Source of the DNA: an uncultured Collinsella sp.
GTDB taxonomy: Bacteria > Actinomycetota > Coriobacteriia > Coriobacteriales > Coriobacteriaceae
Reading direction: 5' to 3'
Assembly: GCA_958450865.1 (NCBI GenBank)
Contig: CAUDNY010000008.1
Coordinates: forward strand, 56,748 to 120,747
Length of the DNA: 64,000 nt
Positions 1 to 9,591 of the stretch are shown one piece after another. The position numbers were made by a program, and so were the translations under genes. The notes beneath the pieces are model-generated. The model was not told where the DNA came from. It saw only the letters and a program-made list of their open reading frames with translations, and made no database searches. Positions within the stretch are counted from its first letter, which is position 1; every line of letters begins with the position of its first letter.

Positions 1-563
1 GCCTGAGCGACAACATCGTGTACCTGACCAAGGACACCCATACCGATTACATCGACCGTGATATCGTCTACTCGATCTTGGACAAGCATCCCAAGCGCGC
101 TCGCGCCTGGTGGTTCGTGAATGTCGAGACCATGGACGAACCGCATACCTTTGCCTATTCGGTCGAGACGTTCGGCACCGACTACGTGTTCCGCGTGCAT
201 CTGTACCTGGGCTACAAGATTAACCAGCGCGTCAATGCCTACCTGCGTCAGGTCGTTCAGGACCTGGCTGCCACCGGCGAGCTGCCGGCGCAGACGCATG
301 ACTACTCGGTCTACAAGGATCCGGGCAACATCGGTACGTTCAAGTTCGTCCTGATCCGTAAGCTTCTGGCGCCCGAAAGCGATGTGGAGCCGAGCGAGCG
401 TACGGCCATCACGCTCAAGTACATCATTCGTCGCGCCGCCGGCACGCCTGCACGCTGGTACGGCCTGGAGAACTCCAACGTGAGCTTTGAGTACGTGCCG
501 CTGTTCACCAAGTTCAAGGCCGTGAACAAGATGCAACGCCTGGCTCCCAACGAGCGCCCGTAG
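1..563 (+). CDS. kup: KUP-family K+ uptake transporter, C-terminal cytoplasmic part (5' end upstream of window)
   Basis: Frame is open from nt 3 (LSDNIVYLTKD...). The tail HPKRARAWWFVNVETMDEPHTFAYSVETFGTDYVFRVHLYLGYKINQRVNAYLRQVV matches the conserved Kup/HAK/KT C-terminal domain. Stop at 561-563. Confidence 0.85.
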   Translation, partial: LSDNIVYLTKDTHTDYIDRDIVYSILDKHPKRARAWWFVNVETMDEPHTFAYSVETFGTDYVFRVHLYLGYKINQRVNAYLRQVVQDLAATGELPAQTHDYSVYKDPGNIGTFKFVLIRKLLAPESDVEPSERTAITLKYIIRRAAGTPARWYGLENSNVSFEYVPLFTKFKAVNKMQRLAPNERP

Positions 564-624
564 GCGCCGACAGGTTGCACGGAGTTGGTTTTCGATGGAC
601 AAAACTAAAGCCGGGGAGTTAAAC

Positions 625-795
625 ATGGATGCAAGGACACTCGACGTCCTCGAGGCGGGTATCGACGCCGCCGAAGATCGGTTCTTTACGAATCGGGCCA
701 ACATGGACATGGTCGATTGCGTGATTTCGATCGTGGCATTGGTATTTGGAGCGGTGTGCGTGTGCGCCCTGCTCGCGCACGTGCTGTTTGTCTAA
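625..795 (+). CDS. small hypothetical tail-anchored membrane protein (56 aa)
   Basis: ATG at 625 sits 6 nt after GGGGAG. C-terminal hydrophobic helix VISIVALVFGAVCVCALLAHVLFV. Followed by the terminator at 842-888. No family recognised. Confidence 0.35.
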   Translation: MDARTLDVLEAGIDAAEDRFFTNRANMDMVDCVISIVALVFGAVCVCALLAHVLFV

Positions 796-841
796 CGACC
801 GCAGGCTGTAAAGGCTATACACTTGGAACCACCACAAGGGG

Positions 842-888
842 AAACCACCACAAAGGTGCCTGTCCCCTTTGTGGTGGTTTTTGTTTTT
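842..888 (+). terminator. intrinsic terminator after kup/small ORF
   Basis: aaaccaccacaaagg / cctttgtggtggttt form a 15-bp stem followed by TTTTGTTTTT. Confidence 0.7.
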
Positions 889-908
889 GAGAGAGGGGCG
901 GGGCGCTG

Positions 909-2534
909 ATGGACGTCCATGCGGACGGCGATATTGCCGAGAACTTTTGGTGGCGGCGCACGACGCTGACGCGTCGCAGCCCTCTGTATGACGCCTGCGT
1001 ATCGGCGGGGCTGCTGGTCGCGGCGACGATTGTGGGCGCGCTGCTCGACCATCCGGGTCTCGCGCCGAGCATCATGATCGTCTATGTGTTCGCCGTGCAG
1101 CTGTGCGCGTTCTTTACCTGGAGCCGCCTGTATTGCTTGCTGAGTTCGGCTGCCGCCGTGGCGCTCTACAACTTCCTGTTTGTCGACCCGCGCCACTCGC
1201 TGTCGTTTATCGACCGCGTCTATCCCGGCATGTTCTTTATCATGTTTGCGGTCTCGCTCGTGTCGAGCTCGATTTCGCTTGCCCTGCGCCGTGCCTTAGC
1301 GCAGGCCGCCGCCAGCGACCGGCGCACGCAGATGGTGCTCGAGACCAACCGTATGCTGCAGCGCTGCGCCGATCAGCAGCAGATTGTCCATGCTATGGCA
1401 ACGCAGCTGGCGCGTCTTTCGGGCTGTCCTGTCGTGTGGTACAGCGCCGACGCCGAGGGCGATGACCTGCTGCCGCGTGCGACATACACGGCCGTGGGCG
1501 ATGTCGCGCCGGTGCATGAACTGGCGCCGCAGATGCCGCCGCGGCTCTCGGCGTCCGCCTATGTGGGAACGCCGCTCGATGCCACCTACGGCGGCTCGGC
1601 GTTCTACGGCATCTACCTGACCGTGCGCTCGGGCGACACCATGGTGCGCGCGGGCGATCCCGCCTCGGTGGTGGGCGTGTTGGCTATCGTTGCCGAGCCC
1701 GACGTGCTGACGCACGAGGAGCGGACACTTGCCGATGCCATCGTGAGCGAAGGCGAGCTGGCACTCGATCGCGCCCGCGCCATGGAGGCCCGCGAGGAGG
1801 CGGCGGTGCTTGCCAAAAATGAGCAGCTGCGCGCCAATCTGCTGCGCTCCATCTCGCACGATCTGCGCACGCCGCTTACCAGTATTTCGGGTAATGCCGA
1901 CGTGCTGCTCGATCAGGGTTCGACCGGCACCGCGGTGCTCGATGCCCAGACGCGCCGCGGCCTGCTGCTATCCATTCGCTCGGATGCGCTGTGGCTCAAC
2001 GCCACCGTCGAGAACCTGCTTGCCATCACCAAGCTCGAGGGCGGCGGCATGCATCTGTCGACCACGCTCGAGCTTATGGACGATATCGTCGAGGAGGCGC
2101 TGCGCCATGTAAATCCGGCCGTGCGCGAGCACGATCTTAAGGTGGTGGCGAGCGATGAGCCGGCGCTCGTCAATGTCGATGCGCGCCTGATGGTGCAGCT
2201 GGTGGTAAACCTGGTGAACAATGCCATTACCTACACGCCCGCAGGCTCGCATATCGTGATCTCGATTGACGCCGGCGATGGACGCGTGGCGTGCTCGGTG
2301 GCCGATGACGGCCCGGGCATTGCTCCCGAGGACCGCGAGCGTATCTTTGAGTCGTTCTACACCGCCAACCATGGTTTGGCCGATAGCCGACGCAGTGTGG
2401 GCCTGGGGCTTTCGCTTTGCCGCTCCATTGCGCTGGCGCATGGCGGTAGCATAGAGGTTGCCGCGGCGGACCCGCACGGCTCGGTCTTTACGATCGAGCT
2501 TCCCGCCGCCGACGTTTCGTTTGATAAGGAGTAG
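909..2534 (+). CDS. kdpD: KdpD-type sensor histidine kinase lacking the N-terminal KdpD/Usp sensor module (DUF4118 membrane domain + GAF-like + HisKA + HATPase)
   Basis: Membrane region LLVAATIVGALL...YNFLFVDPRHSLSF is DUF4118-like. H-box SISHDLRTPLTSI. N and G boxes LVNNAITYT, DDGPGI, GLGLSLC. Confidence 0.7.
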   Translation: MDVHADGDIAENFWWRRTTLTRRSPLYDACVSAGLLVAATIVGALLDHPGLAPSIMIVYVFAVQLCAFFTWSRLYCLLSSAAAVALYNFLFVDPRHSLSFIDRVYPGMFFIMFAVSLVSSSISLALRRALAQAAASDRRTQMVLETNRMLQRCADQQQIVHAMATQLARLSGCPVVWYSADAEGDDLLPRATYTAVGDVAPVHELAPQMPPRLSASAYVGTPLDATYGGSAFYGIYLTVRSGDTMVRAGDPASVVGVLAIVAEPDVLTHEERTLADAIVSEGELALDRARAMEAREEAAVLAKNEQLRANLLRSISHDLRTPLTSISGNADVLLDQGSTGTAVLDAQTRRGLLLSIRSDALWLNATVENLLAITKLEGGGMHLSTTLELMDDIVEEALRHVNPAVREHDLKVVASDEPALVNVDARLMVQLVVNLVNNAITYTPAGSHIVISIDAGDGRVACSVADDGPGIAPEDRERIFESFYTANHGLADSRRSVGLGLSLCRSIALAHGGSIEVAAADPHGSVFTIELPAADVSFDKE

Positions 2535-2538
2535 CGCT

Positions 2539-3252
2539 GTGCCGAACTCTGCCGTGAAACCGCTCATCTTAGTCGTTGAGGACGATCCCGCCGTCCGCAA
2601 CCTTATCGTCGCCGCGCTCGAGGCGCACGGCTTGCGCCATATGGCCGTGGAGACCGCCCATGCTGCCATCGCCGCCGCCTCGTCGCAGGCGCCGAGCATT
2701 GTGCTGCTCGATCTGGGCCTGCCCGATATGGACGGCGTCAAGGTGGTGGAGTCGGTGCGCACGTGGTCGGGCATGCCGATCATCGTGGTCTCGGCGCGCA
2801 GCGAGGACGCGGACAAGATCCGCGCGCTCGATGCTGGTGCCGACGACTACCTGACCAAGCCGTTTTCGGTCGAGGAACTGCTCGCGCGCATTCGCACGAC
2901 GCTCAGGCGCCTTTCGTATGCGCAAACGGGCGGCGTTGCCTCCGAGGGCTCGTTCGATACCGGTGAGCTGCATATCGATTTTGATGCTGGCATCGCCATG
3001 ATGGATGGCGAGGAACTGCACCTGACGCCGATCGAGTACAAGCTCCTGTGTCTGCTGGCGCACAACGCCGACAAGGTGTTGACGCACCAGTTTATCCTGC
3101 ACGAGATTTGGGGCACGGCGACCAAGAGCGACCTGGCGAGCCTGCGCGTCTTTATGGGCACGCTGCGCAAGAAAATCGAGTCCGACCCCGCGCATCCGCG
3201 CTATATCCAGACGCATGTGGGCATCGGCTACCGATTGGTCATCCAAGGCTAG
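2539..3252 (+). CDS. kdpE: OmpR-family response regulator KdpE
   Basis: GTG at 2539 lies just after the kdpD stop. ILVVEDDPAVRN...VLLDLGLPDMDG...VVSARSEDADKIRALDAGADDYLTKPF closely parallels E. coli KdpE. Winged-helix C-terminus present. Confidence 0.85.
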   Translation: MPNSAVKPLILVVEDDPAVRNLIVAALEAHGLRHMAVETAHAAIAAASSQAPSIVLLDLGLPDMDGVKVVESVRTWSGMPIIVVSARSEDADKIRALDAGADDYLTKPFSVEELLARIRTTLRRLSYAQTGGVASEGSFDTGELHIDFDAGIAMMDGEELHLTPIEYKLLCLLAHNADKVLTHQFILHEIWGTATKSDLASLRVFMGTLRKKIESDPAHPRYIQTHVGIGYRLVIQG

Positions 3253-3276
3253 ATCGCCAACCACCATCCCAATATG

Positions 3277-3343
3277 AGTTGCGGTGAAATACGGTCTAAA
3301 TTTGCCTAATTCCAGGCAAAACAGTCCGTATTCCACCGCAACT
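3277..3343. terminator. bidirectional nested hairpin between convergent kdpE and rlmKL
   Basis: agttgcggtgaaatacgg / ccgtattccaccgcaact (18 bp, 1 mismatch) enclose the inner hairpin tttgcct-aattcc-aggcaaa. TTTGTTATTT follows. Confidence 0.6.
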
Positions 3344-3346
3344 TTG

Positions 3347-5914
3347 TTATTTGCCCTTGGGCTTGCTGGCGTAGAACTTCTTCTTTTTGGGCTTGCCGGC
3401 GGAGTCAGACTTGCCGTTGCCGCGCGGCCCCCGGTCGCCTGCCTGCGCGTGCGCGGGCGCCGTTGCGCGAGGCTTGCGGGCTTCGGGGTTGCGCAGCTCC
3501 TCGACGCGCTCGGCAATTTCCTCGGCGCTAAAGCCGACTTCGGCCATGGCGTCCTCGATGGGCAGGCGGCGCACGATGTAGCAGTGGTGCACCTTCTGGT
3601 TGCGCGCGAAGTCCTCGGGGATGGTCTGCGCCGTAATGTCCTCCAGCACCACGCCCGCGCGGGCGAGCTTGCGCGTTTCGGGGCGGAAGCCGCGCAGGTT
3701 GCAGCTAAAGATGGCATGGCCGCCCTGCGCGAGCAGGCGCGATACGCCAGCCAAAAGCTCAACATGGTCGCGCTGGACATCCCAGGTGCGGCGGCCCATC
3801 TTGGACGAGTTCGAGAACGTGGGCGGGTCGACAAAGATCAGGTCCCAGCGGTTGCGCGTCTGGCGCTGGTCGCGAATCCAGGCGAGCACGTCGTCGCGCA
3901 CAAAATGATGCTGAGGCCCCACAAAGCCGTTCTGGCGCATGTTGCGCTCGGCCCAGTCCAGATAGGTATTGGAGAGGTCGACCGTCACGGTCTCATCGAC
4001 GCCGCCATCGGCCGCGTAGCAGGTGGCAGTGCCGGTGTAGGCAAACAGATTGAGGAAGCGGCGCGCCTGCTTGGCGTGCTCGCGCACCAGGTTGCGGGTG
4101 ACGCGGTGGTCCAAGAAGATGCCGACGTCCAGGTAGTCGTCAAAGTTGACGGCAAAGGTGAGGCCGCCCTCTTCGATGAGCGGCAGGCGACGACGCGCGA
4201 TATTGGCGCGCTCACCCGAGCCGCCCTTGCCGGCGCCCTGCTTGCCGTACTGCGAGCCGCCGCGCGAACGCATGCGGGCCTTGGCGTGCACATGCTCGGC
4301 GGGAACATCTAGGATGCGCGGCGCGATGGCCAGAATGTCGAGCATACGGGCCTGGGCCAGTGCGGGGTCGATGGTCTTGGGCGCGGCGTATTCGGCGATG
4401 ACGAGCCAGCGGCCCGGCGTCTGCGGGCAACCCTCGTACAGGTCGATAGCGGCGGAGTAGTCGGGCAGGTCGGCATCGTAGACGCGGTAGCAGCTCACGC
4501 CCTCGCGCCTGGCCCACTTGCGGCGCAGACGGGCATTCTTGCGCAGGCGGTTGGCGAACTGCTCGGACTCGGGGATGAGCACGGGCAGCGGCTTGCCGTC
4601 GCCCAGGTCGAGCATGGCGGCAGGCTCGGGCATGGCGGAAGCGGCGGCTTCATCGTTGACTTCGTTGGCATCCGCAGCCTCGGCCTCGGCATCTGCGCTG
4701 GTTGCAGCTTCAAATGCTGCGGCGGCGTGGTTGAGCGAAGGCCAGACTTCGACGGTCGCCTCTTCGTTGTTGGGCATGACGGCGATGGAGCGCGCGGGCT
4801 CGGCGTGGAGCGCGCGGGCCATAAGGCCATCGCGGGTGAGCGCGGCGACCGGTGCCGAAGCGAGCTCGGGCGCGCGGCGCAGCTCGCCGACCAGCGTCAT
4901 GGCGTCGTGCATGAGCGAAAGCGGCGTCTCGGTGGTGTCCGCGACCACGGCGGCACCGGCGACGGCGCCCGCATGGTCCAGCACGGTGGCGGGCTTGGCG
5001 GCGCAAAAGTCGACAAAACGCTTGTAGCCGGCGCACTTGACCATGCGCTCGGCAGTCTTGCGGGCGGCGGGGTCGATGTCTGCGGCCACGATGCGCGCCT
5101 GGCGCTCGCGCGCTGCCGCCTCGCGCTCGCGCGCCTCGGCAAGCAGCTGCTCCCACAGGGCGGCGTCGTGCAGCTGCCAGCCCTCAAAGCCCCAGTGCTC
5201 GCGGGCGGCGCCCGGGGCGCGGTCGGTTAGGATATTCACTGCCTCCAGCAGCAGACCGCCGCCGGCACACGAAGCGTCGACCAGCGTGGGCAGGGCTTCG
5301 TTCTCGTAATCGTCGGCCGTCAGCTCGCGCTCGCACAGTGCAGTCCAGCCGACCTGCGCCAGCACCAGGGCGGCGTAGTCGGGGCGCAGCACGTGTGTGC
5401 CCTCGCCGGCGCGGGTCGCGGCGGGCGGCAGGCGCTTGAACAGCGGGTCGCCCGAAAGGTCCAGGCTGATGCTCGCGCGGCGCTGACGCAGCGAAAGCAG
5501 CAGGTGGACGTCGGGATCGGCGGCGTCGACATCGGCGCGACGGCCCGTGGTCTCGGCCAGACGGTCGCACAGCGCGTCCTTGGCGCGTAGGGCCGAGAAG
5601 CGCGTGTTGCGCAGCTGCTCGGTCACGCCGCGGGCGGTGATGGCGATGGTGGCGCCGGGGCGGACGATGCTCTCCCAGGCGATGTCGTAAACGCCGTCGT
5701 ACAACTCATCGGCATCCTGCGCCTCAAAGCGCCCAAGCACTACAAACACGCGGCTCGCCAGGCGCGACCACAGACAGGCGCGGTAGCCTTCTTCGAGCTC
5801 GCCCTCAAACGTAGCGCGGCCCTTCAGGCGGCGGACATGCGAAAGCCCGAGGCGTTTAAGCTCATCGGCGAGTGCGGACTCAAAGCCCTCGGGGCAGCTT
5901 GCGTAAAATTCCAT
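3347..5914 (-). CDS. rlmL: bifunctional 23S rRNA (m2G2445/m7G2069) methyltransferase RlmKL-like (THUMP + two class I SAM MTase domains), expanded to 855 aa
   Basis: The N-terminus MEFYASCPEGFESALADELKRLG...LWSRLASRVFVVL...ISLDLSGDPLFKR parallels E. coli RlmL. RBS AGAGAGG lies upstream. Internal Ala/Asp-rich insert and Lys-rich C-tail. Confidence 0.8.
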   Translation of the reverse strand: MEFYASCPEGFESALADELKRLGLSHVRRLKGRATFEGELEEGYRACLWSRLASRVFVVLGRFEAQDADELYDGVYDIAWESIVRPGATIAITARGVTEQLRNTRFSALRAKDALCDRLAETTGRRADVDAADPDVHLLLSLRQRRASISLDLSGDPLFKRLPPAATRAGEGTHVLRPDYAALVLAQVGWTALCERELTADDYENEALPTLVDASCAGGGLLLEAVNILTDRAPGAAREHWGFEGWQLHDAALWEQLLAEAREREAAARERQARIVAADIDPAARKTAERMVKCAGYKRFVDFCAAKPATVLDHAGAVAGAAVVADTTETPLSLMHDAMTLVGELRRAPELASAPVAALTRDGLMARALHAEPARSIAVMPNNEEATVEVWPSLNHAAAAFEAATSADAEAEAADANEVNDEAAASAMPEPAAMLDLGDGKPLPVLIPESEQFANRLRKNARLRRKWARREGVSCYRVYDADLPDYSAAIDLYEGCPQTPGRWLVIAEYAAPKTIDPALAQARMLDILAIAPRILDVPAEHVHAKARMRSRGGSQYGKQGAGKGGSGERANIARRRLPLIEEGGLTFAVNFDDYLDVGIFLDHRVTRNLVREHAKQARRFLNLFAYTGTATCYAADGGVDETVTVDLSNTYLDWAERNMRQNGFVGPQHHFVRDDVLAWIRDQRQTRNRWDLIFVDPPTFSNSSKMGRRTWDVQRDHVELLAGVSRLLAQGGHAIFSCNLRGFRPETRKLARAGVVLEDITAQTIPEDFARNQKVHHCYIVRRLPIEDAMAEVGFSAEEIAERVEELRNPEARKPRATAPAHAQAGDRGPRGNGKSDSAGKPKKKKFYASKPKGK

Positions 5915-5989
5915 GGGTGACCTCTCTGGTTGCGTCGCTCCATTATATGATGGATGCTTCGTTTGCCCTTATCCTCGAAAGGAACCCAT

Positions 5990-6817
5990 ATGATTGATGC
6001 GTGCTCCGAATCCGCCGTGCTCTTTTTTGACGTGGACGGCACGCTGACGTCGTTCGATCCCGACGATATGACCGATAAGGACTTCAATGCAATCCATCCG
6101 TCGAAGGCCGTTGTCGATGCATTTGGTCGCCTGCGCAATGCGGGTCACCAGGCATTTATCTGCACGGGTCGCCCCTTGTGGCTGATTGCCGATGGCCTGC
6201 GCGCGCTGAACCCGGCGGGTATCGTTGCCATGGCGGGCGCCACACTCGAGGTCGAGGGATGCGTGGTACACGAGGACTGCTTTGACGAAGACATTGTTGA
6301 GGAGCTCGCGCGTCGCATTACTGTGGCGGGCGGCGAGGCGTTGTTCGAGACGAACGGTGCCACCTATTCACTTGAGCCAGTTGGTGTCGAACAGTCATTT
6401 CTGCTAGGCGCCGGCGTGGTGCATGGCGTTGATCAGATGCGCGTCGATGGGCATTTGCGCGTAGGCAAGGTGTGCATTAACGCGTGCGACCTGGCTCGCG
6501 TAGCCAACGATGATGGCTTTATCGATCGCGAGTTTGAGCTGTGCAACACCGGTGGCCAGAATCGCGAGCTGAGCCCCAAGGGCATCGACAAGGGCGTGGG
6601 CGTGGCGCGAGCGCTGGAATACCTGGGTCGCACCGGCAACGCGCGCACCTTTGGCTTTGGCGATTCCGGCAACGATCTGGGTATGCTCGCCGCCGTCGAG
6701 ACGGCTGTAGCCATGGGCAACGCCATGCCCGAGGTCAAGGCAGTCGCCGACTACGTGACCGACGATGTCGCACACGATGGCACCGTCACAGCGATGCGCC
6801 ATTTTGGGTTGATTTAA
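5990..6817 (+). CDS. HAD-IIB (Cof-type) phosphatase
   Basis: FFDVDGTLT motif I and GDSGNDLGML motif IV. RBS AAAGGAA lies 6 nt before the ATG at 5990. Confidence 0.8.
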   Translation: MIDACSESAVLFFDVDGTLTSFDPDDMTDKDFNAIHPSKAVVDAFGRLRNAGHQAFICTGRPLWLIADGLRALNPAGIVAMAGATLEVEGCVVHEDCFDEDIVEELARRITVAGGEALFETNGATYSLEPVGVEQSFLLGAGVVHGVDQMRVDGHLRVGKVCINACDLARVANDDGFIDREFELCNTGGQNRELSPKGIDKGVGVARALEYLGRTGNARTFGFGDSGNDLGMLAAVETAVAMGNAMPEVKAVADYVTDDVAHDGTVTAMRHFGLI

Positions 6818-6818
6818 T

Positions 6819-6859
6819 AAATGGCCGGGTCGCCCGCAGTGGGGGCGACCCGGCCATTT
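6819..6859. terminator. bidirectional terminator (HAD / DeoR convergent)
   Basis: aaatggccgggtcgccc - gcagtg - gggcgacccggccattt. A GC-rich 17-bp stem flanked by A and T runs. Confidence 0.75.
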
Positions 6860-6862
6860 GAG

Positions 6863-7654
6863 CTATTTTGCAATATAGAGCTTGGGATGACTGCGACTGC
6901 TCTCGATCGCCGCCGTCATGATGCCCTCGTCGTCTCCATCAACGATGATGCCGTCGAGGTCATCGATCTGCGCGGACTGATAAAAACTGGTCTTATTGAA
7001 CTTTCCCTGGTCAACCATCATGTAGCCCTGGTTTGAGTTGGTAAGGTACATATGCTTGATCATGGCCGAGAAGTCGTGCTCGACGGTAAAACCGTGGTCG
7101 GGGTGGAATCCGTCGGCACTGACAAACGCCTTGTCGGCATGTAGTTTGCTCATGCAGTCGAGCGTTAGTGCGCCCGCGAGATAGAGGTGGCCCTTGCGCA
7201 CGGAGCCGCCCAGCAGCACTACCGAAGCATTGGGGAGATTGAAGCTGGCGTAGTTCGCGATTGCAAGATCGCCGGTGATAATGGTGATCTCACGCTTGTC
7301 CATGAGGGCCTTAGCGAAGTAAAAGCCTGTGGTGCCGATATCAATTACCAGAACATCGCCATCATCAACAAGAGTTGCTGCGGTTGCGGCGATGGCTTCC
7401 TTGGCCTCGACTTGGACATTGATGCGCTCCTCGGGATACGAGATTGCGTTGGAGCGAGAAAGCGATACCGCTCCGCCGCGTACGCGACGCAGCTTGCCTT
7501 CGGATTCCAGCGAGATGAGGTCGTGTCGTGCGGTGACTTCCGAAACCGAAAAACGGCGAACGATGTCGGATACCGAGATATTTGGCTTTTCGGCCAGCCA
7601 ATTCATGATAAATCGCTGACGCTCGGCCGGTGAAAGGTCTGAAGTAGATGCCAT
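6863..7654 (-). CDS. DeoR-family transcriptional regulator
   Basis: From M50 of the tracked ORF: HTH ISVSDIVRRFSVSEVTARHDLISLESEGKLRRVRGGAV plus a DeoR C-terminal sugar-phosphate sensor domain. Confidence 0.85.
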   Translation of the reverse strand: MASTSDLSPAERQRFIMNWLAEKPNISVSDIVRRFSVSEVTARHDLISLESEGKLRRVRGGAVSLSRSNAISYPEERINVQVEAKEAIAATAATLVDDGDVLVIDIGTTGFYFAKALMDKREITIITGDLAIANYASFNLPNASVVLLGGSVRKGHLYLAGALTLDCMSKLHADKAFVSADGFHPDHGFTVEHDFSAMIKHMYLTNSNQGYMMVDQGKFNKTSFYQSAQIDDLDGIIVDGDDEGIMTAAIESSRSHPKLYIAK

Positions 7655-7897
7655 ATGCCGCTCCTTTTGAACAAAAGGTAAAAGATGCGCCTTTCGTAAT
7701 CGAAATATAACGTATCGATATGAAAAGAACAAGGCAAATTCGAATGAATCAAAAGAACGGAATGGCATGTCACAAATGCATGCGTAGCAGATAGTTCGCA
7801 CGTAAACGGGCTATAAAGAGTCTCATTCTGAAGGTGCCGCCCAAAAGAAGTACGTTCACGCCCGATATTCGACCGTTCACGGAAAGTTGACAATTGA

Positions 7898-7974
7898 GCT
7901 TTCGATAGCTTTTGAAATGGTTTATAAAAGAAAACCGAAAAGCTTTTGAAACAAAGAAGAAGGCTTTCGATAGC
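7898..7974 (+). promoter_or_regulatory. direct repeats GCTTTCGATAGC (7898-7909, 7963-7974), each near AGCTTTTGAAA, upstream of the first transaldolase gene; candidate DeoR operators
   Basis: Exact 12-mer repeated 65 bp apart in the AT-rich divergent promoter region. TTGACA at 7887-7892. Confidence 0.3.
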
Positions 7975-8002
7975 AATAGTGTTAGATGAGAAAGGACCGA
8001 AC

Positions 8003-8713
8003 ATGGCGATCAAGGTGTTTGCCGACGGCGCTAACCTCGAGGGTATGCTTGACATGCATGACAATGGCAACGTTCAGGGCTTCACGACCAATCCTTCCCT
8101 TATGAAGGCCGGCGGCGTGACCGACTACCGCGCTTTTGCCAAGACGGTTCTTGAGCACATTACTGATGTGTCGGTCTCTTTTGAGGTATTCGCCGACGAC
8201 GAGGCGGGTATGGAAGCCGAGGCTCGCGAGATCGCAACCTGGGCAGACAACGTCTACGTTAAGATCCCGGCGCTCAACACCAAGGGTGAGTCCACTGCCG
8301 CGCTGGTCAAGCGCCTTTCTGCCGACGGCATCAAGGTGAATGTCACCACTATCTTCACGCCCGAGCAGGTCGACGAGTTTGTCGATGCCGTCTCTGCTGA
8401 GACCCCCTCTATTCTGTCCATCTTTGCCGGTCGCATTGCCGATACCGGCGTCGATCCGCTGCCCCTCATGGCGGAGTCCGTAAAGAAGGCTGCCGTTAAG
8501 CCTGCTGCCGAGGTTCTCTGGGCGTCTACGCGCGAGGTCCTCAATATCTTCCAGGCGGAGTCCGTTGGCTGTCAGATCATTACGGTCCCCAATGCCCTTC
8601 TTGCCAAGCGCAAGAATTTCGGGAAAGATTTGCTTGAGTACTCGCTTGATACGGTCAAGGGCTTTGCCCGCGACATTCAGGCGCTTGGTTTTCATATCCT
8701 GCCCGAGGAGTAG
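8003..8713 (+). CDS. transaldolase-family protein (short type), paralog 1
   Basis: MAIKVFADGANLEGMLDM...VQGFTTNPSLMK signature. ATG at 8003. Confidence 0.85.
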   Translation: MAIKVFADGANLEGMLDMHDNGNVQGFTTNPSLMKAGGVTDYRAFAKTVLEHITDVSVSFEVFADDEAGMEAEAREIATWADNVYVKIPALNTKGESTAALVKRLSADGIKVNVTTIFTPEQVDEFVDAVSAETPSILSIFAGRIADTGVDPLPLMAESVKKAAVKPAAEVLWASTREVLNIFQAESVGCQIITVPNALLAKRKNFGKDLLEYSLDTVKGFARDIQALGFHILPEE

Positions 8714-8722
8714 GGGACGAGC

Positions 8723-9169
8723 ATGCTGACCGATCTTCTTAAGCCCGAGCTTGTTGCCTGCCACGTCGAGGCCTCCGACTGGGAGGAAGCGATCAAGGCA
8801 TGCGGTAAGTTGCTCGTAGACGCTGGCAAATGCGACCAGAGCTATGTTGACGCCATGATTTCATCGGTTCACAAATTCGGCCCCTATATGGTCTTGGAAG
8901 AGGGCATCGCCATGCCCCACGCTCAGGCAGATGGCAATGTGAGTGAAGCGGGGATCTGTATCGTCACGCTTGACCCTGCCATTGCGTTTGGACACGAGGA
9001 TTTCGATCCGGTTCACGTGCTCGTGGGTATTTGCGCACCCGACCCCAAGGCTCATCTTGGCTGCTTGGCGGAGCTTTCGCAGATGTTCGAGGACGAGGAC
9101 TGCGTTGCCAAGCTCAGCGCATGCGATACGCCCGAGCAGGTTTTGGAGACCATGCGTTCATTCTTTTAG
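8723..9169 (+). CDS. PTS EIIA component (ascorbate/mannitol-type, PTS_EIIA_2)
   Basis: EEGIAMPHAQ active-site His context; about 148 aa; operon with IIB/IIC. Confidence 0.85.
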   Translation: MLTDLLKPELVACHVEASDWEEAIKACGKLLVDAGKCDQSYVDAMISSVHKFGPYMVLEEGIAMPHAQADGNVSEAGICIVTLDPAIAFGHEDFDPVHVLVGICAPDPKAHLGCLAELSQMFEDEDCVAKLSACDTPEQVLETMRSFF

Positions 9170-9244
9170 GCCTTAATGGCACGGCGATGCGTCGCCGCTT
9201 TTGGATAGACGGAAAACCGTCACGTGTAGGAGAGGAAGGTTGCC

Positions 9245-9520
9245 ATGCATATCATCACCGTATGCGGAAACGGCATCGGGTCCAGCCTGATGCTCGCTGG
9301 CAAAGTCGAGGAGCTTTGCGAGGAGGAGGGCATCAAGGCCGACGTTGAGTCTATGGACCTGAACGGTGCTTCTTCCGCAAATCCGGATCTGTTCATCACC
9401 GTTAAAGAACTCGCCCCCGAGCTCCACGGCAACGTTGTGATCGTTCGCAGCTATGTGAACAAGAAGAAGATCCGCGAAGACGCCCTCGAGGCTATCAAGG
9501 CGGCCGCCGCTAACGCCTAA
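9245..9520 (+). CDS. PTS EIIB component (ascorbate family, UlaB/SgaB-like)
   Basis: MHIITVCGNGIGSSLML with the catalytic Cys near the N-terminus; 91 aa. Confidence 0.85.
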   Translation: MHIITVCGNGIGSSLMLAGKVEELCEEEGIKADVESMDLNGASSANPDLFITVKELAPELHGNVVIVRSYVNKKKIREDALEAIKAAAANA

Positions 9521-9591
9521 AGCGGCACAAAAAAGGGCGGTTCCCTGTGGAAGAGGGAAACGCGCCCACGTTAGAGAGAAAGGAAGCGCAG

